Source of the DNA: Limisphaerales bacterium
Lineage (GTDB): Bacteria > Verrucomicrobiota > Verrucomicrobiia > Limisphaerales > JAJOIW01
Assembly (NCBI GenBank): GCA_965657355.1
Contig: CBFHOE010000002.1
Span: forward strand, 192,001-256,000
Direction of reading: 5' to 3'
Length of the DNA: 64,000 nt
Under the pieces are notes generated by a model. That model was not told where the DNA came from, did not search any database, and worked only from the letters and a program-made list of their open reading frames with translations. Positions 30,187 to 41,800 of this stretch are shown here, piece by piece (the first letter of the stretch is position 1; every line of letters begins with the position of its first letter). The position numbers and the translations under genes were made by a program.

Positions 30187-33100
30187 ATGACAAGATTAAC
30201 ATATTTTTTGAGGAGCATTGGAATATTCACTGCGATGTTGTATTTATGCGCTCCAATTTCTCAGGGCGACATAACCGGACACTGGGAATTCAATGAAGAT
30301 CTGCGTTCCACCATCGGCCAGGACCTTGAGTGGGTCTTATTTGAGGACGCAGAAGGATTGCAGTTCGGCACAACTACCGATCTTGAAATTCCTGACATTG
30401 CAGGAGAAGTGGCTCAGGTTCTGAAGTTTCCTGATACGACAGATGTCTCTGAGTTTGGCGGCATACAAGTTTTTCACGGGGCTCAACCCGAGACCGAAGA
30501 TGACTTTCTCATCAATTCTTACACCATCATCATGGATGTATTATTTCAAGAGGAATCGGATGGTGAAAATAAGAATTTGGTCGTCCAATATTTTAATGAC
30601 AACCCATTAGTTAAGATAAACAACCAAAATAAGCTTGGTGGTAGAAATTTTTTTGGAAATGTATCCGCAGGGGAATGGCACCGATTAGCCATCGTTGTAG
30701 ATCATGGAAATGAGAAAGCAACTTACTATATAAATGGGGGGAAAGTAGGTGAAGAAAATATCGGAGGGAAATCCGATGGATTTGGTTCTCACTCCCTTGA
30801 GGACGATTTTTACCTATTTCAATCAGTCACTATATCCAAAGGCGGATATATTAATAGCTTACAATTTAATGATGAAGCACTTCCTGAATCGGTAATTGAT
30901 GAATTAGGTGGAGCGACGGCTGCAGGTATCCCTGCTGAAGAACCTGTTAAACCATATGTCGTAGCATTTGAACCTCCATCGACTTCCAGACTGAGACCGG
31001 TCCCCAGCGACATCCTTCCTAATGTTGAAATAAAGGCGATTTGGAAAGACGGCCAGGCATCAGCTGAAACGGATTCATTCACGGCAACCATAAATGGCGA
31101 AGAGACCCCAGTTTCGGTTGATAAATCCGGTGAATTAACAACTGTCATGGTCAACTACTCTGGTCTATTGGCGCCCTTAGCAGAATACACTGTTGTCATT
31201 AATGGCAAGGACAGTGAGGGAAATGAATTGGAGCGTGATTGGACTTTTTCAGTAACCGATTACGTCACTCTCGATCCAATTATCTCGAGAAACAGTTCTT
31301 CGGGATTAAAAAAGGGAATATTAACAAGGAGTGCTCAGGCCCCAGAAGAATCTTCCATAGGATCAGACATTCGAAGGGCCATTAATCAGCTAGCTGGCAA
31401 TTTGAAGGATTCCGAGGGCAATACTGTCGGAGATGAAGCAACACCAGGTGAATTAGCTGGCGGGTATACGAAATCTGAGTTTATTGATTTTGAATTAAAT
31501 GGCGACCCATTTGGCAATTTTGAAAATTTCGAAATGTTCCCAGGCATCCCTGGAGAAGGTGGTCACACGACGCTTTTTTCTACCGAAGCCTTAGGGTATC
31601 TGAAGCTTGATCCTGGGTTTTACCAAATGGGGGTGAATGTTCATGTTTCACAACCAGATAAAAATGATAACGATAACTGGCGAATGTATGTGGGCAACCC
31701 AGCCTCAGATCTTTTCTCTGAAGCTATAGGCAATTTTGAATTAACGCTCCAAGGTTTTGTTGCAGGCGCAAATGACACATTATTTGAATTTTTTGTGACA
31801 GAAGAAGGATATTACCCGTTTAGATTGGTTTATTGGAATAAAGGGTCTGGAGCAGGATTAGAACTATTCTCGGTTGACACTGAATCAGGGCAGAAGCGGT
31901 TAATCAATGATCCAGATGACAATTCTGCAATCGAAGCTTATTATGCGATTTCAGATGTTTCCCAACCCTTTGTTATCTCAGCAACCCCGATTCCAGGAAC
32001 CTCAGGAAATGATCCAGCACTACCAATGGAGCTGGTGATCAACGACCCAGACAATCAGGTAGACACAGACAAAATTGAACTTCTCATAGATGGTCAATCT
32101 GCAGATCTTCAAACAAATAGGGAGAGCGGCCTTTTAATAATAAGCCGCCCCCTCGGACTGTCACTTGCAAGTGAAGCTGAAATCGATGCCTCTTTAAAGT
32201 TATTCGACGACGATTCGAACCTATTACTCGAACGCAGTTATTCTTTCAAAGTAAATGCAGGAAAACAGGTTCAGGTGACTGGGTATTGGGATTTTTCCAA
32301 TGAACTTCAAGCGGTCATCGGAACAGACCTTTTATATCTGGATGGTGCTGGTGGAGCAACAGAAGGCGCCACCGAATTTGGAACCACCACATCTCTTGAA
32401 ATTCCTGATCTACCAGATGGCCCGGCTAATGTAATGAAAGCCGGACACATTGGAGCCAACCCAAACTACGGATTTCTGGCAAATCACGGAGTGAAACCAA
32501 ACGGTGGGGGCACTTTCGTCAACCAATACACCCTCATCTATGACATCTACTTGACTGGAGTTGGCGGCGGATGGGTCTCGCTGGCAAATTTTGATAAAAG
32601 CGGTGATGGTGATGTTTTCTGGCGGCGTAATGATGGAGGCCTTGGACAAGGCGGCGGCGGATATGAACCTGATGATCCTGAAGTGAAGGTCAACCGCGAA
32701 GAATGGCATCGAGTCATCCTAACCTTCGATCTGGCGGCAGGAAAATACGACAAATATGTTGACGGGGTCTACCATTCATCACAAGCCAATGCTGGACTTG
32801 ATGGTAGACAAGCCGCTCGACCAGCCATCTGGTTATTCAATGATAATGACGGAGAAAATGGTGAAGTAGTTGTTTCCGCCATTCAGATTCGAGATGGATA
32901 TATGACTGATTCTGAAGCGGCTGCTTTAGGAGGGGCCTCTGCAAATGGCATTCCGTTACCTGTAAAAGCCCAACCAATAAGAGGTCTATGGACTTTCGAA
33001 AACGGAGATTTATCTGGAACTATTGGTGCCAACCTAGCCTACCTTGATGGGCCTGATGGTGCGACGGCTGGCGCAACAGAATTTGGCACCGCAAGTTCCT

Positions 33101-35286
33101 TTGGCATTGAAACCATAAAAGGCGAAGACCCAATGGTTATGAAGATTGGACATGTTGGTCCCAATCCCAATTTTGGTTATATTTTAAACCATAGAATTGC
33201 TCCAAATGGAGGAGGTAATCGAGTCAATCAATACGCATTGGTTTATGATATTTATTTTTCGGGATCAGGCTCTGGTTGGGCCTCAATTGCTAATTTAGAT
33301 AATTCCGGGGATGGAGATGTTTTCTGGCGACGTAATGATGGGGGCCTTGGACAAGGTGGCGGCGGATATGAACCCGATGACCCATCAGTTAAGGTCAATA
33401 GAGAGCAGTGGCACCGTGTCATACTCAGCTTCGATTTAGCAGCGGGTCGATATGATAAATATGTCGATGGAATCTACCACTCATCACAGTCAAATGGCGG
33501 ACTCGATGGTCGACAAAGTGCTAAAGAAACCCTTTGGTTATTTAATGACAACGACGGCGAGAATGGGGAAATCTATCTCAGCTCTTTAGCCATCTATGAC
33601 CAGGCCATTGGTGTGGAGGAAGCACGAGCACTCGGTAATCCTACAGCTCTGGGCATTCCAAGAAACATTCCAGAACCACAACCGCTCAGAGGATTGTGGA
33701 CCTTTGATGACGGGGATCTATCCGCCTTGGTTGGTAGGGATCTCGCATATTTAGACGGCGCTGGTGGGGCTACAGAGGGAGCCACGGAATTCGGGTCCAC
33801 TCTTTCATTCGAAATTGATGGTCCAAGAGGAGAGACCAGCATGGTGATGAAGGTCGGTCGTTCTGGAGCCAATCCGGATTTTGGCTACCTATTAAACCAC
33901 GGAATTACCCCAAATGGCGGTGGTTCACACCTGAACCAATATGCCCTTGTATTCGACGCTTACTTTAGTGGTAATGGAGCTGGGTGGGCTTCTTTGGCAA
34001 ACTTAGATGTCAGCGGAGATGGCGACGTATTTTGGCGGCGCAATGATGGTGGCCTTGGACAAGGCGGCGGTGGTTATGAACCCGATGACCCAGAAGTTAA
34101 AGTCAATCGGGAACAATGGCACAGAATTATCCTTAATTTTGATTTGGCAGCCGGCACGTATGATAAATATGTGGACGGGGTCTTTCATTCATCTCAAGCC
34201 AACGGCGGTCTTGATGGAAGGCAAGCAGCTCGCCCATCTATTTGGTTATTTAATGATAATGATGGAGAAAACGGTGAAGTTTATTTGGACTCTCTGGCTA
34301 TTTATGATAGACCGCTCTCGCCTAATGAAGCGCGGGCACTTGGCGGAGTCAATTCAGCGGGCATCCCACCAGTCATACCACCTCCAGCGCCTATCCGGGG
34401 TTTGTGGCAATTCGATAATGGCGATCTCACAGCAACCATTGGAAAAAACCTAGCTTATCTCGACGGAGAAGAAGGAGCAACACAAGGGGCAACGGAGTTT
34501 GGATCGACAGAATCTTTTGAGATCGAAAGCATCGGAGGTCAAGTTGCCAATATTATGAAAGTTGGCCATATTGGTTCAAATGCTGATTTTGGTTACCTAA
34601 TGAAACACGGAATCGCACCAAATGGCGGCGGGTCAAAACTGAATCAATACACACTAGTTTTCGACATTTATTTTAGTGGTAATGGAGGAGGCTGGGCTTC
34701 TTTAGCTAATTTGGATGCTTCGGGTGACGGGGATGTTTTCTGGCGGCGCAATGATGGTGGCCTTGGACAAGGCGGCGGTGGATATGAACCTGATGACCCA
34801 GAGGTAAAAATCAATAGGGAACAATGGCACAGGGTCGTTCTAGCCTTCGATCTATCTACTAGCGTATACGATAAATATGTTGATGGTATTTATCACTCCT
34901 CTCAAGCAAACGGCGGACTGGACGGCCGCCAGTCTCCTGGTGAAACAATCTGGTTATTCAATGACAACGATGGCGAAAATGGCGAAATTTATTTAAATTC
35001 TCTTGCCATATTTGACAAAAAATTGAGTTCAGAAGAAATCGATTTTTTGGGAGCACCATCAGCACAGGGAATACCTGAAATGTTTAATGACAAAGAGCCC
35101 GGACCGGTGCCACCATTAAACTTGTCCGCACTGATGAATGGAAACGATCTTATAATAAATTGGGACGGGCCGGGGACACTGGAATCATCTAGCTCTCTAG
35201 ATGGCCCATGGGCACCAACTGGACTAACATCACCCGCATCAGTCCCAATGAATCTGAACAACCAATTTTTCCGGGTTATCAGATAG
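30187..35286 (+). CDS. Large secreted protein with five LamG/ConA-like domains, a PA14-like domain and Ig-like spacers
   Basis: Signal peptide; G.W.F...YT(I/L).(D)...WHR(V/L)...YVDG units; GYYPFRLVYW.KGSGAGLEL (PA14-like); FFRV tail. Confidence 0.8.
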   Translation: MTRLTYFLRSIGIFTAMLYLCAPISQGDITGHWEFNEDLRSTIGQDLEWVLFEDAEGLQFGTTTDLEIPDIAGEVAQVLKFPDTTDVSEFGGIQVFHGAQPETEDDFLINSYTIIMDVLFQEESDGENKNLVVQYFNDNPLVKINNQNKLGGRNFFGNVSAGEWHRLAIVVDHGNEKATYYINGGKVGEENIGGKSDGFGSHSLEDDFYLFQSVTISKGGYINSLQFNDEALPESVIDELGGATAAGIPAEEPVKPYVVAFEPPSTSRLRPVPSDILPNVEIKAIWKDGQASAETDSFTATINGEETPVSVDKSGELTTVMVNYSGLLAPLAEYTVVINGKDSEGNELERDWTFSVTDYVTLDPIISRNSSSGLKKGILTRSAQAPEESSIGSDIRRAINQLAGNLKDSEGNTVGDEATPGELAGGYTKSEFIDFELNGDPFGNFENFEMFPGIPGEGGHTTLFSTEALGYLKLDPGFYQMGVNVHVSQPDKNDNDNWRMYVGNPASDLFSEAIGNFELTLQGFVAGANDTLFEFFVTEEGYYPFRLVYWNKGSGAGLELFSVDTESGQKRLINDPDDNSAIEAYYAISDVSQPFVISATPIPGTSGNDPALPMELVINDPDNQVDTDKIELLIDGQSADLQTNRESGLLIISRPLGLSLASEAEIDASLKLFDDDSNLLLERSYSFKVNAGKQVQVTGYWDFSNELQAVIGTDLLYLDGAGGATEGATEFGTTTSLEIPDLPDGPANVMKAGHIGANPNYGFLANHGVKPNGGGTFVNQYTLIYDIYLTGVGGGWVSLANFDKSGDGDVFWRRNDGGLGQGGGGYEPDDPEVKVNREEWHRVILTFDLAAGKYDKYVDGVYHSSQANAGLDGRQAARPAIWLFNDNDGENGEVVVSAIQIRDGYMTDSEAAALGGASANGIPLPVKAQPIRGLWTFENGDLSGTIGANLAYLDGPDGATAGATEFGTASSFGIETIKGEDPMVMKIGHVGPNPNFGYILNHRIAPNGGGNRVNQYALVYDIYFSGSGSGWASIANLDNSGDGDVFWRRNDGGLGQGGGGYEPDDPSVKVNREQWHRVILSFDLAAGRYDKYVDGIYHSSQSNGGLDGRQSAKETLWLFNDNDGENGEIYLSSLAIYDQAIGVEEARALGNPTALGIPRNIPEPQPLRGLWTFDDGDLSALVGRDLAYLDGAGGATEGATEFGSTLSFEIDGPRGETSMVMKVGRSGANPDFGYLLNHGITPNGGGSHLNQYALVFDAYFSGNGAGWASLANLDVSGDGDVFWRRNDGGLGQGGGGYEPDDPEVKVNREQWHRIILNFDLAAGTYDKYVDGVFHSSQANGGLDGRQAARPSIWLFNDNDGENGEVYLDSLAIYDRPLSPNEARALGGVNSAGIPPVIPPPAPIRGLWQFDNGDLTATIGKNLAYLDGEEGATQGATEFGSTESFEIESIGGQVANIMKVGHIGSNADFGYLMKHGIAPNGGGSKLNQYTLVFDIYFSGNGGGWASLANLDASGDGDVFWRRNDGGLGQGGGGYEPDDPEVKINREQWHRVVLAFDLSTSVYDKYVDGIYHSSQANGGLDGRQSPGETIWLFNDNDGENGEIYLNSLAIFDKKLSSEEIDFLGAPSAQGIPEMFNDKEPGPVPPLNLSALMNGNDLIINWDGPGTLESSSSLDGPWAPTGLTSPASVPMNLNNQFFRVIR
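32275..35080 (+). repeat. Four tandem ~235-aa intragenic domain repeats
   Basis: The Trp codon of FWRRNDGGLGQGGGGYEPDDP falls at 32620, 33325, 34033 and 34741 (periods 705/708/708 nt). Confidence 0.92.
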
Positions 35287-35316
35287 ATTTAAAAGACGAA
35301 AAGATAAATATTAGCC

Positions 35317-35345
35317 AAAAGCAGCACATATTGTGCTGCTTTTTT
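35317..35345 (+). terminator. Rho-independent terminator
   Basis: AAAAGCAGCACA-TAT-TGTGCTGCTTTTTT. Confidence 0.85.
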
Positions 35346-35598
35346 AATTTCAGTCATGTTTCATGGGCAGCTTTTGAAACAAAAGAAGCATTTCTTAGCC
35401 GAAATATGCAGAGGACAAAAATTTTCACTTGTAGGCCAGGCCTTTGATATCCAATTTAACATGAAATAAATTCCAACGATCTGACTCGCATCGATGTTCG
35501 AGTCAGAGTTGGGCACAAACGGTCCCATCTGGCGCCAGTAATACCGCGAGATACCTATTAGGAACTAGAGCAAAAATTAGATTGAAAATTTTACATTT

Positions 35599-37266
35599 AT
35601 GAAACCAAAACCACAGCTCGCTTTAGGTGGCGCAAATATGATTAACCACATTGTCACACTATTGATATTTTTGATTCCAACGATTGGATTTGGCGAGCAA
35701 TCCCCATTACGCATTTTCATCTTTGCTGGACAATCCAACATGGTGGGATCTGATTCCAAGGTCAATGACATTAGAACATTTCCACCTTACAAGGGGTTAG
35801 GTAATCCGCAAGACTCGGTTTTATTTAATTATGTTATAGGGCGTGAAAACAAAACGCAAAGTGAAGGGTGGACTTTTTTACAACCAGTAAACAATGTCGT
35901 TGGCCCAGAACTGAGCTTTGCAAAGGAACTCACAAAATATACTGACGGACAAATAGGTATTATAAAAATCGCAGCAGGCGGCACACATCTTGGTGGGGAT
36001 TGGAATCCTGATCATCCTAGTGGATTCAAATTATTTCCATTAGCTCTTTCCAGAATCAAAAAAGCTCTTGAAGAATTAAAAGAACAAAAAATTTCATACA
36101 AGCTAGAGGGATTTATGTGGCACCAGGGAGAGAATGACATGTTCAATCGCGGCTACATGAATAATTACAGAGCCAATCTAAAGAATTTTATAAAACGATG
36201 GAGAGAAGAACTTAATTCACCCAAGCTCCATTTCTACATTGGTGAATTATGTACCAAAACCATTTGGGGAATGGATCTGAGACCCCGTATGTTCACTATC
36301 AGCCTTGCCCAAAAGCAGGTCGCATCTGAGGATCCATTTACAGAATATGTTCCGACCTCACATGTGGGCGCCGAAATAGGAAACCCAGTAGGACTACACT
36401 ATCATTATGGCACCCTGGGACAGCTCCAGCATGGCATCAACTATGCCCAGTCCTACTTTAATGTCATCGGGAAAAAATTTACTATACCTAGAAAACTGGA
36501 AAATTGGCCATTTGATAGTGGAAAAACAATAAAGCTTTTTGTTCTCGCAGGGCACAGAAATATGGAGGGGGAAAGAGCATTTATTCAAAATTTAAAACCA
36601 TTGGGAAAAATGGACTTAGCAAAAGAAAACCCCTCGATTGTTTATAAGTATAGTCTGGGAGGAGGATATAAGATCTCTGAAGGATGGGAGCCGATGGGTG
36701 ATGTAGATTATTATGGTTCTTTTGGGCCTGAACTCAGTTTTAGCCATGAACTACAAAAAGCAAATATAGAGAATATTGCTATCTTAAAGTATACTCATAG
36801 TGGTTCCCAAATTATTGATTGGACACCTAATGGAAGTGAAGCCCCGACCAGAAATATTTTCTTTCCGTTTATTGAATCCATAAAGAAATCAATTTTGGAA
36901 TTAGAATCCAAAGGTCACCGAGTTTCTTTAGAGGGTATATTTTACCATATTGGAGAGAATGATATGTCATATACTCCTTTTAGAAAAGCTGCGGCGAAAA
37001 ATATTAAGGAACTCATTAGAGGAAGTCGCAAAGAGTTAGACCTCCCTCAGCTTAGATGGTATGTCAGCCAGCAACCACCCACCGATCACAAAAATGTGAA
37101 CAGTTTTAATGTTACAAATTCAATTAGTAAGGTTCTTGAAGAAGAGACAAACGTATTCCACATCAAAGCCTTCAGTCTCCCTACTCAAGAGAAACGACTC
37201 GTCATTGATACCCCGGGTATTCTTCGACTTGGAGAGCTTTTAGCTGAATCCTACCTGAGAAATTAA
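35599..37266 (+). CDS. Sialate O-acetylesterase/CE6-like SGNH protein with two SASA domains
   Basis: FAGQSNMVG, GPELSF and WHQGEND; second copy LAGHRNMEG, GPELSF and YHIGEND. Confidence 0.8.
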   Translation: MKPKPQLALGGANMINHIVTLLIFLIPTIGFGEQSPLRIFIFAGQSNMVGSDSKVNDIRTFPPYKGLGNPQDSVLFNYVIGRENKTQSEGWTFLQPVNNVVGPELSFAKELTKYTDGQIGIIKIAAGGTHLGGDWNPDHPSGFKLFPLALSRIKKALEELKEQKISYKLEGFMWHQGENDMFNRGYMNNYRANLKNFIKRWREELNSPKLHFYIGELCTKTIWGMDLRPRMFTISLAQKQVASEDPFTEYVPTSHVGAEIGNPVGLHYHYGTLGQLQHGINYAQSYFNVIGKKFTIPRKLENWPFDSGKTIKLFVLAGHRNMEGERAFIQNLKPLGKMDLAKENPSIVYKYSLGGGYKISEGWEPMGDVDYYGSFGPELSFSHELQKANIENIAILKYTHSGSQIIDWTPNGSEAPTRNIFFPFIESIKKSILELESKGHRVSLEGIFYHIGENDMSYTPFRKAAAKNIKELIRGSRKELDLPQLRWYVSQQPPTDHKNVNSFNVTNSISKVLEEETNVFHIKAFSLPTQEKRLVIDTPGILRLGELLAESYLRN

Positions 37267-37284
37267 AACCTAAGGATTGAATTC

Positions 37285-38763
37285 TTGCCTTACCACTTTA
37301 TGATGACCGCCATGAAACCCAAAACATTTCTCATTCTCTTGGCTTTGTTTATTATAACGGCTCCTTCGCCCAATTCTAATGCTGATGAAAGGCCAAATGT
37401 ATTGTGGATATACCTTGAGGATGTGAGTGGGTGGTTCAGTTGTTATGGAGAGACTCTTATCGAGACTCCAAACATTGATGAAGTGGCAAAATCAGGAACA
37501 CGGTTTAATAGGTTTTATACTCCAGCTGGTGTCTGTTCAGCTACCAGATCAGCTGTTATCACAGGGATGATGCAAACAACTATTGGGGCCCATAATCATA
37601 GAAGTGCTCGAGCCTCTTTCAGAGGTAAAAGTATGGGAGCCTATGATAAGAATGTTCTTCCAAGCGATGTCACCCCTATTCCAATTCGTTTCAAAAATGC
37701 TGGTTACTTCACCTTCAATGAGGGAGGAAAAGACGACTATAATTTTGAATTCAACCTCAAAGAATTCTATGACTATGTCCCTAAGAAAAGAGGATGGGGA
37801 CCAGCAGCGTTAGTTTCAGGAGATTGTTGGAGTAGGCGTAAAGATGGCCAGCCTTTCTTTGGACAAGTCCAACTCGGAGGCGGAAAACTTGGAAAAAGAG
37901 CCAAAAAAATAATAAACAGAGCAAGCGTCAAAATCCCTCCATATTATCCTGATGTCGCAGAAGTCCGTGAAGAAATCGCACATCATTATGATTGCTTACT
38001 CAAAACTGATGCCCAGGTTGGTGAAATTATCTCCGCGTTAAAACGCGATAACCTTTATGAAAACACAATTATTTTCATGTTCAGCGATCATGGAATGAAA
38101 CTCCACCGGCATAAACAATTTTTATTTGAGGGAGGAATTCATATGCCATTGATTGTTTCGGGGCCAGGAGTTACCTCTGGATTGACACGGAGTGATCTTA
38201 TAAGCGGGATTGATATTTCTGCAACATCTTTAGCTGTTGCTGGAATAAATCCCGATGGGAAAATGGAGGGTAGGAATTTTTTGGCTGACGATTATATACC
38301 AAGGAAATTCGTCGTCGCAGCCAGAGACAGATGTGATTACACCATCGAAAAAATTCGAGCTATCGTTACTCCTAAATATAAATATCTCAGAAACTATCTT
38401 ACCGATAGGCCATACATGCAACCAACCTACAAAGATCCATGGCCCGTTTCCAAGAAACTTAGACAACTCATGGCTGATGGAAAAATGAATAAGACGCAGC
38501 TTATCTTTTTTGGTAACGACAGAGCACCTGAGGAATTTTATGACCTAGAAAATGACCCTCACGAAATTCACAATTTAGCTGAAGATCCTAATCATGCTCA
38601 GGCACTGAAGCAACATCGTGCATTTCTGGCACAATGGATCAGAGAAACTGGGGACAAAGGGCAAGAGCCTGAATCGGACATTGGCTTATTGTCCGCTCTG
38701 AAGCGTTGGGGAAATAAATGTGTCAACCCTGAATACGATAAAGTCCGCCACTTATTAAAGTAA
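37285..38763 (+). CDS. Formylglycine-dependent sulfatase
   Basis: PNVLWIYLED, VCSATRSAVITG, FSDHG and EEFYDLENDPHE motifs. Confidence 0.92.
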   Translation: MPYHFMMTAMKPKTFLILLALFIITAPSPNSNADERPNVLWIYLEDVSGWFSCYGETLIETPNIDEVAKSGTRFNRFYTPAGVCSATRSAVITGMMQTTIGAHNHRSARASFRGKSMGAYDKNVLPSDVTPIPIRFKNAGYFTFNEGGKDDYNFEFNLKEFYDYVPKKRGWGPAALVSGDCWSRRKDGQPFFGQVQLGGGKLGKRAKKIINRASVKIPPYYPDVAEVREEIAHHYDCLLKTDAQVGEIISALKRDNLYENTIIFMFSDHGMKLHRHKQFLFEGGIHMPLIVSGPGVTSGLTRSDLISGIDISATSLAVAGINPDGKMEGRNFLADDYIPRKFVVAARDRCDYTIEKIRAIVTPKYKYLRNYLTDRPYMQPTYKDPWPVSKKLRQLMADGKMNKTQLIFFGNDRAPEEFYDLENDPHEIHNLAEDPNHAQALKQHRAFLAQWIRETGDKGQEPESDIGLLSALKRWGNKCVNPEYDKVRHLLK

Positions 38764-38825
38764 TTAAACCAATATGTAGGTAGTAAAGAATCTGTCTATA
38801 TCATACATCCATTGAGGAAAGTCAT

Positions 38826-41800
38826 TTATTCCTGTAATTCCTTCTCTGTCCATGCTGAGGTGCGGGATTTGGTAGATCGACGAACTTCATGGACTTCAGA
38901 TTCTTTAATATTGGAAACCCCCGGCCCGAAAGTCTTCCTCACATAATTCAGGACTTGGGAAATTTCTTTATCGGACATCCCGCTCATTGGAGGCATTGGC
39001 ACAGCACCTGGTTTATCACCGTAGGTTTTACCATCGACAGTAATTTTTCCTTTAAGCCCATGCAGAACAATTTTTATCAAGCTTTCCTTTTTATCAGACT
39101 GAACCCATCTACTTTTTGTCAAAGGGGGATAAATTCCTGTCAAACCATTGCCATCAGGTTGATGACAAGCTAAACAGGCATTTTGGTAGAGTCGCTCACC
39201 TGGTGATATCGGCTCATATTTCTTATCAAGAAAACTAGACAAGTAATTATTCTGCTTATCAGAATTAAAAGTTATTTCCCCCGAGCGAAATGAGTTTTCC
39301 CAATAAGGTCTGAGAGCTGATGTGCTTTGTCTCATTGCATATTCCAAGAAGGGATCCATTGATTCTTCAAGGGCTTCGGCAACGATTTTAATAGATTTCG
39401 GTTGTTGAAGGTAGCTGGCGGCTATGACCGATTCCAATCGTACTCTAGGGTGAATATCCCTTGCTGACTTTAAAAGAATTTCATAAGCATCCTTTAGCCG
39501 ATTTCCCCAAATACCCACAATCCGAGCACCATATGACCTTATGCGTGCATCCTCGGATTCTAGCAACTGATTCACGAGTATTTGATTGGGTTTTTCATGT
39601 GCGACATAAACACCAACTACCTCAAGTAATGCATGATCATTATCAATATTCGCCTTAACCCATTGATCAGCAGCCCTGATGATTTCAGTTGTTGGGGAAT
39701 TAAAAAGTAATTTTTTCGCTTGGTAACGCGTCCACCTCTCCGAAGACTTGAGTTGATTTAATAATTGACCAAAATCCATATTTACAAGTTTAGGCTGACG
39801 AACTGATTTATGATTTTTTGAGGAAACCCTCCAAATTCTACCATGTGATTTGTCTCTTTTTGGATCCGCATAACTCGCCTGGTAATGACCAATAACTGGA
39901 TTAAACCAATCCGACAGATATATAGCACCATCAGGACCTACCGATACGTCTACAGGACGAAAGGCGTTGTTACTGGATTTTACAAGCTTAGGTAATTGAG
40001 TGGTTTTGAATCCCGACCCACTATCATGAAAATGATGCAACTCAACCACGGACCCGAAATATCCAGCAATCAAGGCAGTGCCTTGAATATCATCCGGTAA
40101 GGCCTTAGTTCCAATAATATCGAGTGAAGTCGTTTTAGGGGACGTATCAAATAAAGGGCCAACAGGATGATACTGGTATGGAGTCACCTTGTATGATTCA
40201 TTAGAAATTGTGTCGGAGCTTGTATGACTGGGATCAGCACCTCTTACTAATCCCGGCACGGACCAATAACCCTGTGGGCGATCTCCTGATTTATGAAATA
40301 CTTGATTAAAATCATCAAAGGCAACGCCCCAGCAATTCATTCCGGCCATGCCACCACCGAAGAAGCCTTCCAGTCTTAATGATTTGGGCCTGAGTCTCCA
40401 AACCGCAGATCTGTCCAACCGCGCTATTCCCCATGGTGTTTCGACCCGGGACATGGCATGTAATCCTTGAGTAAACCATAAACTTCCATCAGGACCGTAG
40501 CAGATACTATTGATAAGCTGGTGAGTATCACCTATTCCAAATCCTGAAAAAAGGACTTCACGTTCATCCCCTACACCATCGCCATTGGTGTCTCGTATAT
40601 GCAGAAGTTTATCAAAATCGCAAACATAGACCCCATCATTACCAGGTTCAATGCCTTGAACCATGGTCAACTTGTCTGCATATTTCCAATGTTTGTCGGC
40701 TCGCCCGTCTTTATTAGAATCTTCAAGAACCAGAATATAATCGGAAGGAATAGCACTGGCCAAAGATTGTGGATACGACGGAGAACAAGCAACATATAAG
40801 CGCCCTTCGGCGTCCCAACTAATTTGAACTGGGTTAATGACACCATCATCTTCGGATGCAAAAAGATTTATTTGATATCCTTCTGCAACAGTGAATGCCT
40901 TTAACTGGTCTATTGCGGAAAGGGTATCTATTGTGATGTCCTGTGATTTTTGCCTTTGCGGTAAATTTAACTCCTCCACCTCTTTTCCAACAACCATTTG
41001 ATAGATTATCTTCTCTGCCCTTTGAACCAAAGGCAGTTGGTTTTCAAATGCCTTTTGTAAAGACGGTTTATTGCCCCCGGACTTCCCAAACCTTTGATTC
41101 ACCCGATCCCCGTATACAAACGACCAATTGGCAGGCCTCCAACAATCAAACCACAGCTGATTCTTCAGAATTATTACATCTCGCAACTTGTCATTTATCG
41201 ACTTGCTTAATGAAGCAATCCCAAGCCCTTTTGCTATTTGCTCCCCAATCACCTCCAAACCTATTTGGTTTAGGTGAATTCCATCATTTGTCAGGTTCAA
41301 TTCCTTACTGCGTATCACCTCGTTGTTAAACAAATCTATAAAATGAGCCTGCCTTTGCTTGGCAATCAGCCGAATTGCTTCCACATAATTGGCGACATCA
41401 GAATTTCTTTGAGTCAAATCTGGAGCATGTTTGGCACGTGGTTTTTCGAATGGCATTGGCGAAACCAAGACGATCCTTTGAGTTCTTGAGGCAAACTCAT
41501 CTAACAACCTATGGTAAGCCGACACAAATTCGGAAATCCTCTCGCTACCATCCAAAGATTCCATTTGGCCAAACTGGACAATTATCATTGTGGCTCCCAT
41601 TGCATCTAATTGGTCTCCCCAATCACCAAAATTCAGGTCTCTCCATTGTTCGTATACAGTGTCTGCCTCCCAGGCCATTGATCGAATTTTGGGTTTCTTA
41701 TCTACCCATGCAGAAACTAGGATTGATTCCAAAACCCCAGCCCTTTGTTCACGCACGAAGTTTTCCTGCCCAATCATTGCTATGATCTCATTGTCGAGCA

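Noticed and set aside
32275..35080. Recurrent nucleotide repeats as a CRISPR array or DGR template/variable pair
   Set aside because: They are in-frame coding domain duplications with a period of about 705 nt, differences are mostly synonymous, and no reverse transcriptase is present.
35472..35514. Hairpin CCAAC..TCTGACTCG/CGAGTCAGA.GTTGGGC resembling an integron attC site
   Set aside because: About 43 nt is too short, the left box does not fit RYYYAAC, and there is no integrase or second site.
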